Source: Octopus vulgaris (Eukaryota). From it: DNA of 64,000 nt. The stretch is taken from assembly GCA_951406725.2 (NCBI GenBank), contig OX597826.1:62806001-62870000 (forward strand), in the 5' to 3' direction. Shown piece after piece: positions 14,255 through 27,526 of the stretch. A program made the translations under genes and the position numbers. The notes under the pieces are model-generated. The model saw nothing but the letters and a program-made list of their open reading frames with translations, had not been told where the DNA came from and ran no database searches. Numbering within the stretch: position 1 is the stretch's first letter; each line of letters starts with the position of its first letter.

Positions 14255-15035
14255 TAATGGTTTCAAGTTTTTGCACTAAGGTAGCAATTATGAAGGAGGA
14301 GTAAGTTGATTACATCGAACCCAGTACTCAACAGTTACTTATTTTATCAACCCCGGAAGGATGAAAGGCAAAGTCGACCCCGGCGCAATTTGAACTCAGA
14401 ACGTAAAGACGGATGAAATGCCGCTAAGCATTTTACCTGGCGTGCTAGCGATTCTTTTCTACTCTAGGCACAAGGCCCGAAATTTTTTGGGAAGGGGCCA
14501 GTCGATTAGATCGACCCCAGGACGCAGTTGGTACTTAATTTATCGATCTCGAAAGGATGAAAGGCAAAATTGACCTTGTCGAAATTTGAACTCAGAACGT
14601 AAAGACAGACAAAATACCTATTTCTTTACTACCCACAAAGGGCTAAACACAAAGGGGACAGACAAGGACAGACGAATGAATTAAGTCGATTACATCGACC
14701 CCAGTGCGTAACTGGTACTTATTTAATCGACCCCGAAAGGATGAAAGGCAAAGTCGACCTCGGCGGAATTTGAACTCAAAACGTAACGGCAGACGAAATA
14801 CCTATTTCTTTACTACCCACAAGGGGCTAAACACAAAGGGGACAGACAAGGACGGACGAATGAATTAAGTCGATTACATCGACCCCAGTGCGTAAGTGGT
14901 ACTTATTTAATCGACCCCGAAAGGATGAAAGGCAAAGTCGACCTCGGCGGAATTTGCACTCAAAACGTAGCGGCAGACGAAATACCGCTAAGCATTCCGT
15001 CCAGCGTGCTAACGATTCTGCCAGCTCGCCGCCTT
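14255..15035 (-). mobile_element. Same SINE family, tandem-unit copy plus an adjacent older copy
   Basis: Same head and repeated ~184-bp core units as 1-535. Confidence 0.8.
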
Positions 15036-15635
15036 AACATTAGTATAAGTATTAGCATTAGAAAGTATATTCAGGCCGTTAAACTGACAGAGACATTCCG
15101 CCCAAATGTAGTACGGTATATCCACCAGCTGCTTATGTTTGACGGTTCAAATCCCGCTTATGCTTGTCGTCCATCCAGCAATTCAGGAAATAAAGTGCCG
15201 GCCAAGTACACGATCAATGACATCGATTAACCCACTACCCTCTAAATTATTGGCCTAACGCCAAAATTAGAAAATCATTATTGTCAATGTTGTTAGTGGA
15301 GTTGTATAGGAAGAAGAGGAAGGATAGAGTAGGAGTTATGTGCTGTTGTTCTAATATATAAATCTTTAAGATTTATTATACTTGATTTTGATTTTTCCAG
15401 TTTCAGCTCATGAGCTGTGGCCATGCTGGGGCACTGCCATTTGTGAAATGTTATTACGTTTCTTCTTGCGATTGCTTCTGTTGTTGATGACGTTGCTATT
15501 ATTCGTATTCTTGTCATTTTTGTTGCTGACATTCGTGATGTCATTGGTGTCGCTGTGGTCTCTATTGCTGCAGGTGCGCGATGATTTTAAACGTTGCATC
15601 TTATATTAACCTGAAATTCTATTTCCTCTCTCAAT

Positions 15636-15697
<62 letters not shown>

Positions 15698-15700
15698 GCA

Positions 15701-16169
15701 GGCGGCGAGCTGGCAGAAACGTTAGCACGCCGGGCGAAATTCGTAGCCGTATTTCGTCTGTCGTTGCGTTCCGAGTTCAAATTCCGCCGAGGTCGACTTT
15801 GCCTTTCATCCTTTTGGGGTCGATAGATTAAGTACTAGTTACGCACTCGGGTCGATGTAGTCGACTTAATCCCTTTGTCTGTCCTTGTTTGTCCTCTCTG
15901 TGTTTAACCCCTTGTGGGTAGTAAAGAAATATATATATATATAATATCCTTTCTACTATAGGCATAAGGCCCGAAATTTTGAGGGAGGGGGCCAGTCGAT
16001 TAGATCGCCCCCAGTGTGTAACTAGTACACTAGTACTTATTTAATCGACCCCATAAGGGTGAATGGCGATATTGACCTCGGCGGAATTTGAATTCAGAAC
16101 GTAGCGATGGGCGAAATGCCGCTAAGCATTTCACCTGGTGTGCTAACGGTTCTTTCAGCTCACCACCTT
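15701..16169. mobile_element. Two copies of the same SINE family in tail-to-tail orientation
   Basis: Plus copy 15701-15930 and minus copy 15948-16169 share head and core. Confidence 0.75.
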
Positions 16170-16191
16170 CATACATATATGCATACATAAT

Positions 16192-16267
<76 letters not shown>

Positions 16268-16329
16268 CGTTTAAATATTTGTTGTGCAAGATTTTTTATT
16301 GGCTAAACAATATGACCATTCCGAAATAT

Positions 16330-16371
<42 letters not shown>

Positions 16372-17082
16372 GTTGATCATGTATTTTGTTTCCATTAGGC
16401 CTTCGTCATTTATTCCTCATGTAATCGTAGTCCACAAGATACCACTTAATAACCATAATAACCATAATAATAATAACCATAATAATATTTTCTAATGTTG
16501 AAAATGATATCGCTGTTTTAATATAAGTCGAAGGATTACTATAATAATGCATTGAAGTGAACTGATAATCTATGAAATTACATCAATTCAGCTGTTGAAT
16601 TAAACGCTTCATGACAGATAGGGAATGTGATTTTGATGTTATTAGTAATTGATATATTTGAAATTATACACACTCAATTCCCCGGAAAAAAAACCATTGG
16701 ATGATTACTTATAAGGCCAGCCATAAGAACGTTCATACAAAATATAATTTAAAAAAACATTAGTAGGGAGTTTGCCTGTCCTATGCATCACATTTGAGAC
16801 ACAGGAGCTATTTCCTTGGCGTCCCTGCAACATATATGATGCACATTCCTTATGGCTTTCAAATACCAGAGTAACTTGGAACATATGAAAGGTAATCTTT
16901 ATATTACTCCAAATGTATGAAACAAAGGCTAACTAAAATTATGGAAACAAGCATGGAAGTTTAGGACAAACGTATGACAATGCCTTGAACAAGCAAAGGT
17001 TTAAATAATTCCAAGATGAGACGAAACTATCGATGGTTTGCGCTGACCGAAATTTTCTCAAAGGTGATATTTATATGCAAAG

Positions 17083-17456
17083 TTGTTTGTTCCTTCTCGA
17101 GCCATGCCTGGCTCAAAAGGGCCGGTTTCCCGGTTGCCTTGGCGTATAGGTTCTTGTTTGTTCCTTCTCGAGCCATGCCTGGCTCAAAAGGGCCGGTTTC
17201 CCGGTTGCCTTGGCGTATAGGTTCCCCACCTGGACGGGACGCCGGTCCATCGCAGGTGAACTGCAAGATGCAGAAGTAAAGAATGAGAGAATGTTGTGGC
17301 GAAAGAGTCAGCAGAAGTTCGCCATTACCTTCTGCCGGTGCCGCGTGGAGCTTAGGTGTTTCGCTCATAAACACACACATCGCACGGTCTGAGATTCGAA
17401 CCCGCGATCCCTCGACCTCGAGTCCGCTGCTCTAACCACTAGGCTATGCGCCTCCA
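17083..17456 (-). mobile_element. Full-length tRNA-derived SINE (third family, V-domain-like segment) with a duplicated ~69-bp 3' tail
   Basis: A box TAGCCTAGTGG, B box GGTTCGAATC, CCTGCGATGGACCGGCGTCCCGTCCAGG segment; tail repeated at 17085-17153 and 17155-17223. Confidence 0.75.
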
Positions 17457-18431
17457 CTATATGCAAAGTAGAGACAAAATTTCAAAAATTTCGAGTCTAT
17501 ATTTTCTAGGGAGTAATTTGATGAATTTTATGTTGGCACTGATAATGTAGGTTTTATAAAGATTCTGTGAAATAAAAAACAAAAAGAAAAAGAAATAGAA
17601 CAAAGGGAGAAGTAGCCATCCAAGTGGAAATATAACACAAGGATGAAAATGGTTGTTAAATAACATCAGTATAAATATTAGAGAATGTGAGGGGTTAAGA
17701 AGATTAAGGTTGGATGTAAAAAAATAACAGATTAGGCGGTTATTAAGAAATGAAAAAGTGTTGGTTTAAACCTGTTGAATAAGTTCACCGGAAGTATAAA
17801 TAATGGTTACGAGTGTTTACTGATCCTTGGGAATCATTGATCTTTGTTTATTGGGTCATTTCAATGACAACCTCTTTTCTGACCAACAATTTCAGACATT
17901 GAAACGTGGTCATTAGAGTAACAAGATGGCGAACTATTTCAGTTTTTTTTTGGCTTGGTTTCAGCAACTGACTTAAGATAATGGGATTAACGTGTTTATT
18001 TATTTTTCCTTTCTCCTTCACTTCCCACCATTCTATCTTTCGGATATTTACCACTCATTGATATTGTAAATATTTGGACAATTTCTCTCCGACAAAACAT
18101 CTCTTGCTAAGAAACACAGAGATTCTCGTCTCGCTTTAACGTTACGACCTTATCAAATAGCGTTAGCTCATGTCAGTTATTGTATCTGTTCATTCGTGTT
18201 GATACAATTGAAATAATAGGGAACCTCTTCTGTGAAGACGTTAAACAAACAGTGTGTTAGAATAAATTTCGGAACATATTGCGGATATAGTAACACTATG
18301 ATCTGTGAATACATTAAGAGTCCTCCCAGAGTATCAATGTAAACCCTTTTAATGCATGGTTTTTTTTTCCAAGATGTCCCCAGTTATGTTTGATATAAGA
18401 AACGAAACTTCTGAAGCATTTCCAAAACCTC

Positions 18432-18432
<1 letters not shown>

Positions 18433-18476
<44 letters not shown>

Positions 18477-18493
18477 AAATAATAATAATAATG

Positions 18494-18545
<52 letters not shown>

Positions 18546-18562
18546 AAATAATAATAATAATG

Positions 18563-18624
<62 letters not shown>

Positions 18625-18919
18625 CCGCAAATTCATACAGAATTTGGAGGAGCCGGAATCCAGCTCGCAGACCAAACCTGGATGAAAACAGATTAGCAAA
18701 TGTTAGAAGAGATATCTTCAGAAATACCAGAAGAAGAGCACTATCGCTGTGAAAATAACATCCATCCATAAATTTATTTATTCATTAATTTTTAAATACA
18801 TATTTTATCTGTGAATGTGCGCGTGTAATCTGGGAATGCCTGCAATGCCCTTCTCTGTCCTAGATGTATGGAAAACACTCGGCGAGAAACGGAATAAAAT
18901 TTGAAGAAAGAAGGAAAAA

Positions 18920-18983
<64 letters not shown>

Positions 18984-19232
18984 GAGGAGGAGGAGGAGGA
19001 GGATAATAAAGAAGTAGATGATGAATAACAACGACCACAACATCGATGATGATATTGATAAAATAACTATATTATAATGTTGTTGTTGTTGTTGATGATG
19101 CTGATGATGATGATGATGACGACGACGACAATGATGATGATGATGCTGATGGCGATTTCTTTTATTGGTCACAATGGTCCAAAAACATTAATATTAAATA
19201 TATGGATGATCATAATAGTAAACAATGATACA

Positions 19233-19294
<62 letters not shown>

Positions 19295-19302
19295 TGAGGA
19301 TG

Positions 19303-19380
<78 letters not shown>

Positions 19381-19450
19381 GATAATAATAATAATAATAA
19401 TGATAATAATAATAATAATAATAATAATGATAATAATAATAATAATAATG

Positions 19451-19536
<86 letters not shown>

Positions 19537-19551
19537 GATAATAATAATAAT
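18433..19551. repeat. Cluster of (TAA)n/(TGA)n arrays
   Basis: Arrays at 18433-18624, 18922-18980 and 19233-19551. Confidence 0.9.
18624..18752 (+). mobile_element. Short fragment resembling the N-terminal (Myb-like) region of an R4/Dong-clade ORF, abutting (TAA)n
   Basis: Translates to SANSYRIWRSRNPARRPNLDENRLANVRRDIFRN, resembling the W..RNP....RLAN..R.I..N motif of R4-clade N-termini; it starts directly after a long TAA array. Confidence 0.5.
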
Positions 19552-20133
19552 AGCAATGAATCCACTTACTACTATAAATGCGACAAGCCCGATTGCAGAT
19601 AAAATATATTTCTTTCTGTAATAGGATCATCTAATATTAATGAAACAGATCAAAGACAACAGTTCTGTGATTTAATATATTAATTCTTGGAATAAAACGG
19701 AACGAGATCCTTGCAATAGGATGAATTGATAATTAAAAGCATTTGACTTTATTCCTCGCTTGTGGATCGTAGAATACGTAAACATATTTGGCATCAAATA
19801 GGATATAAATTTCTAAGAAGCTAAGCATTGCCCCTGGGTTGTAAATTACTCCAGGGGCAGCCCTGATAGGTTATACTTATTTTCAAAAAGGCATATGTTT
19901 CTACCTTATACGATGTTTTTCATGTGTTTCTTACTCAAGATAGACATGACTTACTGGAAAATGTAACAGCTAATTTTAGCAGGTTGAGTAACCATGTAAG
20001 GGTTCCTCATTGGCTCCTCTTCATTCTTGGTTGTTGCTTAAATCAAAATCATCTCTGATGGTTAGGACCCATTGTGAAAATAATAATTATAATTATAATC
20101 AACGTTATTTTTAAGACCCACGCTATCCGATAT

Positions 20134-20471
20134 GGATGGATGGAAGCACTCCGTCGGTTACGACGACGAGGGTTCCGGTTGATCCGATCAACAGAACAGC
20201 CTGCTCGTGAAATTAACGTGTAAGTGGCTGAGCACTCCACAGACACGTGTACCCTTAACGTAGTTCTCGGGGATATTCAGCGTGACACAGAGAGTGACAA
20301 GGCCGGCTCTTTGAAATACAGGTACAACAGAAACAGGAAGTAAGAGTGAGAGGAAGTTGTGGTGAAAGAGTACAGCAGGGATCACCACCATCCCCTGCCG
20401 GAGCCTCGTGGAGCTTTTAGGTGTTTTCGCTCAATAAACACTCACAACGCCCGGTCTGGGAATCGAAACCG
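20134..20471 (-). mobile_element. 5'-truncated SINE with (CCAT)n tail and 9-bp TSD
   Basis: ATCCGATAT at 20125-20133 and 20472-20480; 5' half similar to the 17083-17456 family, different 3' half. Confidence 0.8.
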
Positions 20472-21396
20472 ATCCGATATATAATTCCTTTCATAAGACT
20501 TGATGTGATTTAAGCCCAGTTTGGCTGCTACTTTTAGCATCTCAGTAAATCATATAAGCTCTCAATAATAAAATGTGGCCAGGTATCTAAATTAAATATG
20601 AGATCAAAAGAGATATTTATTAGGGAAATTCATTAACTACACTTCTGTATTTTATGACGTTGGCAACTGTACTCCTGTCTTAAATATTACTGAGTTCAAA
20701 CAGAGGCATAAAACTACACAGGGTATAATCAATATACTGGACACAGGCTCTTCTTGGCATTTCTAATTTATCATACCCGAGAAGATGAAAGATAAAATTG
20801 ATCTCGGTCGTATTTGAACCGCAGACGTAAAATATCGTAAGAAAATACCGCATTTTGCCCGCCAGTCTTCCTATTCTAGCAACTACAACTCTCATGCGCT
20901 CCCGATTCAATCATTTATTCTTGATGCTCTACCAGCTCTTTCTTTCACTGTCTTGATTTTCTTCTGTTCCTCCCCGCCCACTTTAACTATTCAACCAGCC
21001 ACTTCTCGTTACATATGTACTCAAGGTGTTTGATCCGACGCTTTAACTATTCTGCCAATCAACCACATTAATTAGTCATTCACAACCGATTTGTTGATAT
21101 GATTGAATTTGTAATTTTAATTAATATCTTGGTTTATTGCATCAATTAAGTTAAACCGACTTTACTATTAAGTTTTCTTATCGGAAACGACCCACTGTAT
21201 GTTTTCATAATCATTACCACATTAATTGACATTTTGTGGAAATATGGTTTCTATGCCTACAAAACATAGCAGCTAAATACCTCTCTGCTAACAGCCTACT
21301 ATGTTGTTGAAAGATGAGTTCATATTAGATCATGTAGTCTGATTTAAGCTAAACGTGGTGGTCGTCGCTAAAATGCTTATCATTACTTGTATGCTA

Positions 21397-22020
21397 AGGC
21401 GACGAGATGGCAGAATCATTAGAACACCGGGAAAATGCTTAGTGGTATTTTGCCCGTCACTAAGTTCTGAGTTCAAATTCCGCTGAGGTCGACTTAGCCT
21501 TACATCCTTTCTGGGTCGATAAGTTAAGTACTGGGGTCGATGTAATCGACTCGACTATCCTTCTCCCCACAAATTTCAGGCCTTTGTCTATAGTAAAAAT
21601 GATTCTTTGTATGGTATCTAAGCCAGTGAGCTGACAGAATCGTTAGCGTACTGGACGAAGTGCTTATCGATATTTCGCCTATCACTATGTTCTGAGTTCG
21701 AATTCGGCCGAGATCAACTTTACCTTTTATCCTTTTGGGGTTGACAAAAGAAGTATCGATATTTCGCCTATCACTATGTTCTGAGTTCGAATTCGGCCGA
21801 GATCAACTTTACCTTTTATCCTTTCGAGGCTGACAAAAGAAGTATCGATATTTCGCCTATCACTATGTTCTGAGTTCGAATTCGGCCGAGATCAACTTTA
21901 CCTTTTATCATTTCGGGGTTGAGAAAAGAAGTACCAGTCGAACACTGGGGTCGAGGTAATCGACTTATCTCTTCTCCCAAATTGTTGTCTTTGTAGTAAA
22001 ATCTGAAATCATTATTTGTA
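21397..22020 (+). mobile_element. Two adjacent SINE copies, the second with three ~89-bp internal tandem repeats
   Basis: TATCGATATTTCGCCTATCACTATGTTCTGAGTTCGAATTCGGCCGAGATCAAC repeated three times (21666-21935). Confidence 0.75.
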
Positions 22021-22240
22021 TGGTACCCACCTCCATCAGGACCAGCTTAGGTTTAAACAACAATAATCACACAAACATTGACAATCCATGAATGAATAAA
22101 GCTTTCGAATTGTTGTCCTTGTAGTAAACTTTGAAATCATTATTTGTATGGTACACACACCCATCAGGGTCGACTTAGGTTTGAAAAAACAATAGCCACA
22201 CGAACATTGACAATACATGAATGAATAAATCCTTCGAATA
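21980..22240. repeat. Two ~129-bp tandem copies spanning a SINE 3' end and flank
   Basis: AATTGTTGTC.TTGTAGTAAA..GAAATCATTATTTGTATGGTAC...ATGAATGAATAAA repeated. Confidence 0.8.
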
Positions 22241-22554
22241 GTTTAGCAGTTGATATTTCCAGTGATTCGAACAACAGAACTATTATTTTCGATGCCTGCA
22301 TTAGTAAGAGTGAGTATTCTAAGGACACGTGGTTTGAACTACAGGACTATCGCACTGGATGTATCGTATATTGTACAGTGGTGGAAGATTCCCTTGATAG
22401 AAATACCTGCACAATATGTAGGTGCCCTTGAAAACGCTTGCTGTTTAATACAGACAATTACATTACTTGGTATGTGTTAAAGTGTAAGTGGATAAGTATC
22501 CCGTAGAAGCTCCTTACCTGTAATTTAATCACCAGACACTCCCAAGGTGATATA

Positions 22555-22716
22555 CGGCTACGTGGCTGTGTGGTGAGAAACTTTTTTCCAATCACATGGA
22601 TCCTGGTTCAGATTCACTGCATGGCACCTTGGGCAAGTGTCTTCTGGTATAGCCTTGAGATAATCAAAGCCTTATGAGTGGATTTAGTAGACGCAAACTG
22701 AAAGAAGACAGTCGTG

Positions 22717-22766
<50 letters not shown>

Positions 22767-22845
22767 TGTGTGTGTGTCTGTGTGACTGTGCTTGAAGGCG
22801 GTGCTTCACATGGCCGCAGTCAAATGACTTAAACAAGTAAAAGAA
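22555..22845 (+). mobile_element. CORE-like SINE, internally deleted
   Basis: GTGGCTGTGTGGT head, CACCTTGGGCAAGTGTCTTCT core, (GT)n, tail. Confidence 0.7.
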
Positions 22846-24489
22846 TGACAATAAAAAAAAACATCTTTTGTCATGAGTGCTTAAGTAATCCACTGTTGAC
22901 ATAAACCGCAACCAGATTAGCCATGAGACACTGGATAATGTATTGATACATGATTTACCGAACGGATTTCTGTACAATTTGCCTCGGCCGGAATTTCATT
23001 GACACTGCTTGTATAAACTCTATGATCGCCACCTCAGCAAGATCTGTCGCTTATTTGATCAAACTAGCAACGTGGTGATTATGAAGCGAACAGCTAAGCT
23101 ACATAGTTTTACACACATAGAATAAAACATATGTCAGACATCTGTTTGATACATACTTCGTTATTTACTGGCTACATGATATGAAATAAAAGAGAGGTCA
23201 TCCTCAACAGCTCTACATTAATCTACAGATGCAGCAGTTAGACATATCGCCAGTGTTGTATCGTGAAGTGAGAATTTCGGGTCTTACAACGTATGCTTTC
23301 ATCCAGGAAACCCGATTTAGGTTAACAAGACTAAGCCTGAGATAAAGAGGAAATCTTCTCACTCCACCAATCGTCTCTTTGGCACCAGAACTATTTAGAC
23401 GTTGCCTCAGTTATCTCTACGTTATTCTTGATGGCTCCTTACTTCTGTACATTCTTGTAACACCCACGAATCCATAGGCCTTACTCGGGGCACGACCTAC
23501 GAAATCCACCTACATCTGGTACTTAAAATATGAATTAAAACGTCAACTAAAAAAAAAAAAAAACTTGTTTAACATTTTAGCATACAGCTTATTCTGTCAA
23601 ATGCAACGCTCATTTATTCACATCATTTTGCAGTCATCATACGTTACCATGTAGTTTTGAAATTTTTAATGATGTGGTTGTTTATTTTAAATGACTTTGT
23701 AGGGCAGGTGTAAAGGCCGTATATGGTCTGTTTCGGCATGAAACCTGTAGAATATTTGACCGGCTTAAATACTAAAGGGCTAATATAATCTCACCTATAT
23801 ATGTCAATAAATTACATTATGACAGTAGGTACCTCAACGCATTTTGATGGAATTAGTGCTTTTGTGTCCGTTTGTCTGTATAATTGATTTCATTTTGGAA
23901 TAACCTTCCAATAACAATCTATGCAGAGGTGAGGTATATATATATAATTTCAAGATGCAAAGAATTCGTTAAAAGCGCAAAATATTTGAAGTTTTCTTTT
24001 CTTTTTATCTAATAATCATTGGTAAATTGCTGACTTCAATAGATTTCTTTACAGCAGAGCAGACAATAAAACAACCATTCAAGCAAGAAAATGAACAATT
24101 ACAAAAAATATATATAAAGAGAGAAACTAACAAAAACTAACGGCACTTTTCTTACTTCATTTGTGGTTAATTTTTATTGCCTTTTTCTTTTCTTCTTCTA
24201 ACGGCAGCCATAAGAATAGCTACGAGGAGGGCAGTGCTAGCTATACACACATAGAATCATACATACACGCACCCATATATGAGTGTGTATGTGTGTATAT
24301 GTGTGTGTATGTTGGAGGGGAAGTGTGAATATGTCTATATATATATATGTGGTGCATTCATGGATGTGTTAAAAATTTTGTTCCAAATCCACAAGGTACA
24401 TTGCAATTAGCCCTTGTAAAGTGTTTAGATAAATGTTAGTTAAACAGAAATTCATGTGTGTGTATGAGCGTACGTGTATATATAAATAT

Positions 24490-24687
24490 ATGTGACCGCG
24501 TGTGTATCGTTGGCGATTTTCTTTCTCCGTCTTCCCTTCTTTGGACTTTTTCTATATTTCTGATGAAGGGCTCCGCTCGAAACGTGAAATCCTTATTCTT
24601 TTCTTTCCTTTTCTGAGCGTCCAATAACACTATACTTATTCCACGCCCTCGCGTTGTTGCTTTTTCTTGTTTGTTCATGTTTGTATT

Positions 24688-24692
<5 letters not shown>
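24490..24692 (+). mobile_element. PLE pLTR-like insert, same family as 3095-3305, with hammerhead motif at ~24557-24589
   Basis: Collinear with the reverse complement of 3095-3305. TTT CTGATGA A GGGC-tcc-GCTC GAAA CG T G AAA (position 17 = G, likely inactive). Ends in (TA)n. Confidence 0.65.
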
Positions 24693-24745
<53 letters not shown>

Positions 24746-24748
<3 letters not shown>

Positions 24749-24877
24749 CCGCAGGCGTAATTAGAAGCTTGCTTACCAAACACATAACTTCGGGTTCAGT
24801 CCCACTGCGTGGCACCTTTGCATCGTAAGTGGATTTGGTAGACGGAACTGAAAGAAGCCAGTCGTGTGTGTGTGTGT

Positions 24878-24930
<53 letters not shown>

Positions 24931-25170
24931 ATTTGTGTGTGTGTGTCTTTGTGTCTGTGTCTGTCCCTCCACCATCACTTGATGACTGATGTTGCTGTGT
25001 TTACGTTCCCATAACTTAGTGGTTCGCCAAAAGAGACCGGTAGAATAAGTACCAGGCTTACAAAAAATAAGTACTGGGGTTCAATTTCTTCGACTAAAAC
25101 CTTTAGGCGGTGCTCCAGCATGGTCGCAGTCAAATGACTGATGCAATTAAAAAACAAAACAATAAAAGAA
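24746..25170 (+). mobile_element. CORE-like SINE
   Basis: Head, internal (GT)n(TA)n and tail match the family. Confidence 0.7.
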
Positions 25171-25802
25171 TATATATTACCGCCAAAGACAACTACTTTT
25201 CTGTTGCTTAAAGCTTCTTGCCAGGTAGAAATCATCAGACCATGTCAAATGACATGTGGGTGAACTCTTATTATTGACTTCGAAGCAAGCAGACTAGACC
25301 AATGAAAAAAAAAAAACAGCTAGCATGTACAATAATTGTTTCTCATAAATGCTTAATGCCAGCAGTTTAAAGACAGGTTTTAGATCGATTACATCGACCT
25401 CAGTACTTGAAAAGTGGCATACTTGACCTGATCAACCCATGGAAGAATAAAATTTTAATTAGATAGGATTTGAACTCAGAACGTAAATAACCAGAAAAAA
25501 ATATTGCTTGACATTTTTGACAACGATCCTGCCAGCTCATACTCCTACGTAGTGAGTAATAATATAATTTACTAATTGATTAAATGATCATCAGAAGCTC
25601 AATAAAACGGTAAGATGTATTGATGCATAAGTTAAATTTACAAGTGTATATTGTACTGAACGTTGTGTATTAACTAAAATTAGTTGGGTCAAATATTTTC
25701 ATTTACGTAGCTTGAAAAAGAGGCATTCCTAATTGTTTCAACGCTTATTAACACCTCCTCTGATCTCTTTGGTAATATAGCCTCGGAGGGACATGTAGCA
25801 TA

Positions 25803-26195
25803 TCTTTATATATAAAAGTGAAGTTTGCTGTCTGTCTCCTACGATTTAGATTCCTAACTACTCCCACATTTTGCGGTGCAGTTTAACCAAAACCGGGTAT
25901 CTTATAGTCGTGATTCATATCGAGCCCTTCTGGGTATTAGCGCGCGTCTACGATGAGTCTACGATTTTTAAAAAAATTACCATCATTTATTTCCATTTTA
26001 ATGCATTTTTCGCTATTATATAAGGGAAGTAACTCTCTAAAAATGTCTACGATGAGTCAACGATTTAAAAAAAAAATTACCATCATTTTTTTCCATTTTT
26101 AATGCATTTTTGCTATTTTTTGGCTATAACTCTCTAAAAATGCTTATATAGTTATTTCCCTTACAAACCCGAGCAACGCCGGGCGATACTGCTAG
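25803..26195 (+). mobile_element. Non-autonomous Helitron
   Basis: 5' TC, 3' hairpin CCCGAGCAACGCCGGG then CTAG, inserted between A and T with no TSD; the empty site is seen in the paralogous segment at ~26869. Confidence 0.9.
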
Positions 26196-26364
26196 TATGT
26201 ATATATTTATAGCATAAACATACCTGGACAAAATTGAGTTCTCCTTACCTCTCTGCACAAATGTGTGAACGTCAGCATCGTGACCTATGTAATTAATGGA
26301 AGAGCATTCTCGCTGAGAATTTTGGAACACGCCACTAAAAGACAGGTTTTCTCTCTCCATATAT

Positions 26365-26562
26365 TTTTTACTTGTTTCAGTCATTTGACTGTGGCCATGC
26401 TGCAGCACCGCATTTAGTCGAGCAAATCGACCCCGGGACATATTCTTTGTAAGCCCAGTACTTATTCTATCGGTCCCTTTTGCCGAACCGCTAGTGACGG
26501 GGACGTAAACACACCAGCATCGGTTGTCAAGCAGTGCTAGGGGGGCAAACACAGACACACAA

Positions 26563-26593
<31 letters not shown>

Positions 26594-26752
26594 CATATAT
26601 ACGACAGGCTTCTTTCAGTTTCCGTCTGCCAAATCCACTCACAAGGCATTGGTCGACCCAGGGCTATAGCAGAAGACACTTGCTCAAGATGCCACACAGT
26701 GGGACTGAACCCGGAACCATGTGGTTGGTTAGCAAGCTACTTACCACACAGC
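26365..26752 (-). mobile_element. CORE-like SINE (copy in duplicated segment A)
   Basis: Near full-length; truncated at the duplication junction. Confidence 0.8.
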
Positions 26753-27039
26753 AGGTCACATATTTTCATCTCTGCAGCTTGAAAAAGAGGCATTCCTAAT
26801 TGTTTCAACGCTTATTAACACCTCCTCTGACCTCTTTGGTAATATAGCCTCGGAGGGACATGTAGCTTATATGTATATATTTATAGCATAAACATACTTG
26901 GACAAAATCGAGTTCCCCTTACCTCTCTGCACAAATGTGTGAACGTCAGCATCGTGATCTATGTAATTAATGGAAGAGCATTCTCGCTGAGAAATTTGGA
27001 ACACGCCACTAAAAGACAGGTTTTCTCTCTCCATATTTT

Positions 27040-27249
27040 TTTTTACTTGTTTTAGTCATTTGACTGTGGCCATGCTGCAGCACCACCTTTAGTCGAGCAC
27101 ATCGATCCCCAGGACTTATTCTTTGTAAGCCTAGTACTTATTCTATCGGTCGCTTTTGCCGAACCGCTAAGTTACGGGACCGTAAACACACCAGCATCGG
27201 TTGTCAAGCGATGTTGGGGGGACAAACACAAACACATAAATACACACAC

Positions 27250-27307
<58 letters not shown>

Positions 27308-27526
27308 GTCAGGACACAGACACACAAACATATACACACACATACATATATATACATATATACGACGGGCTTCTTTCAGTTTCCGTTTACCAAATGCACT
27401 CACAAGGCGTTGGTCGGCCCGAAGCTATAGTAGAAGACACTGGCATATGGTGCCACGCAGTAGGACTGAACCCGAAACCATGTGGTTCGTAAGCAAGCTA
27501 CTTATCACATAGCCACTCCTACGCCT
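27040..27526 (-). mobile_element. CORE-like SINE (copy in duplicated segment B)
   Basis: Full head AGGCGTAGGAGTGGCTATGTG to tail; same flank as 26365-26752. Confidence 0.8.

Larger units (their letters stand above)
25687..27515. repeat. Local tandem duplication (copy A 25687-26752 incl. Helitron; copy B 26753-~27515)
   Basis: AGCTTGAAAAAGAGGCATTCCTAATTG... through the SINE is repeated with few substitutions. Confidence 0.9.

Noticed and set aside
17380-17456. tRNA-like sequence with A and B boxes
   Set aside because: Continues into a SINE body and tail; it is a SINE head, not a tRNA gene.
21666-21935. Regularly spaced repeats resembling a CRISPR array
   Set aside because: Whole 89-bp units repeat with no unique spacers; SINE-internal duplication in eukaryotic DNA.
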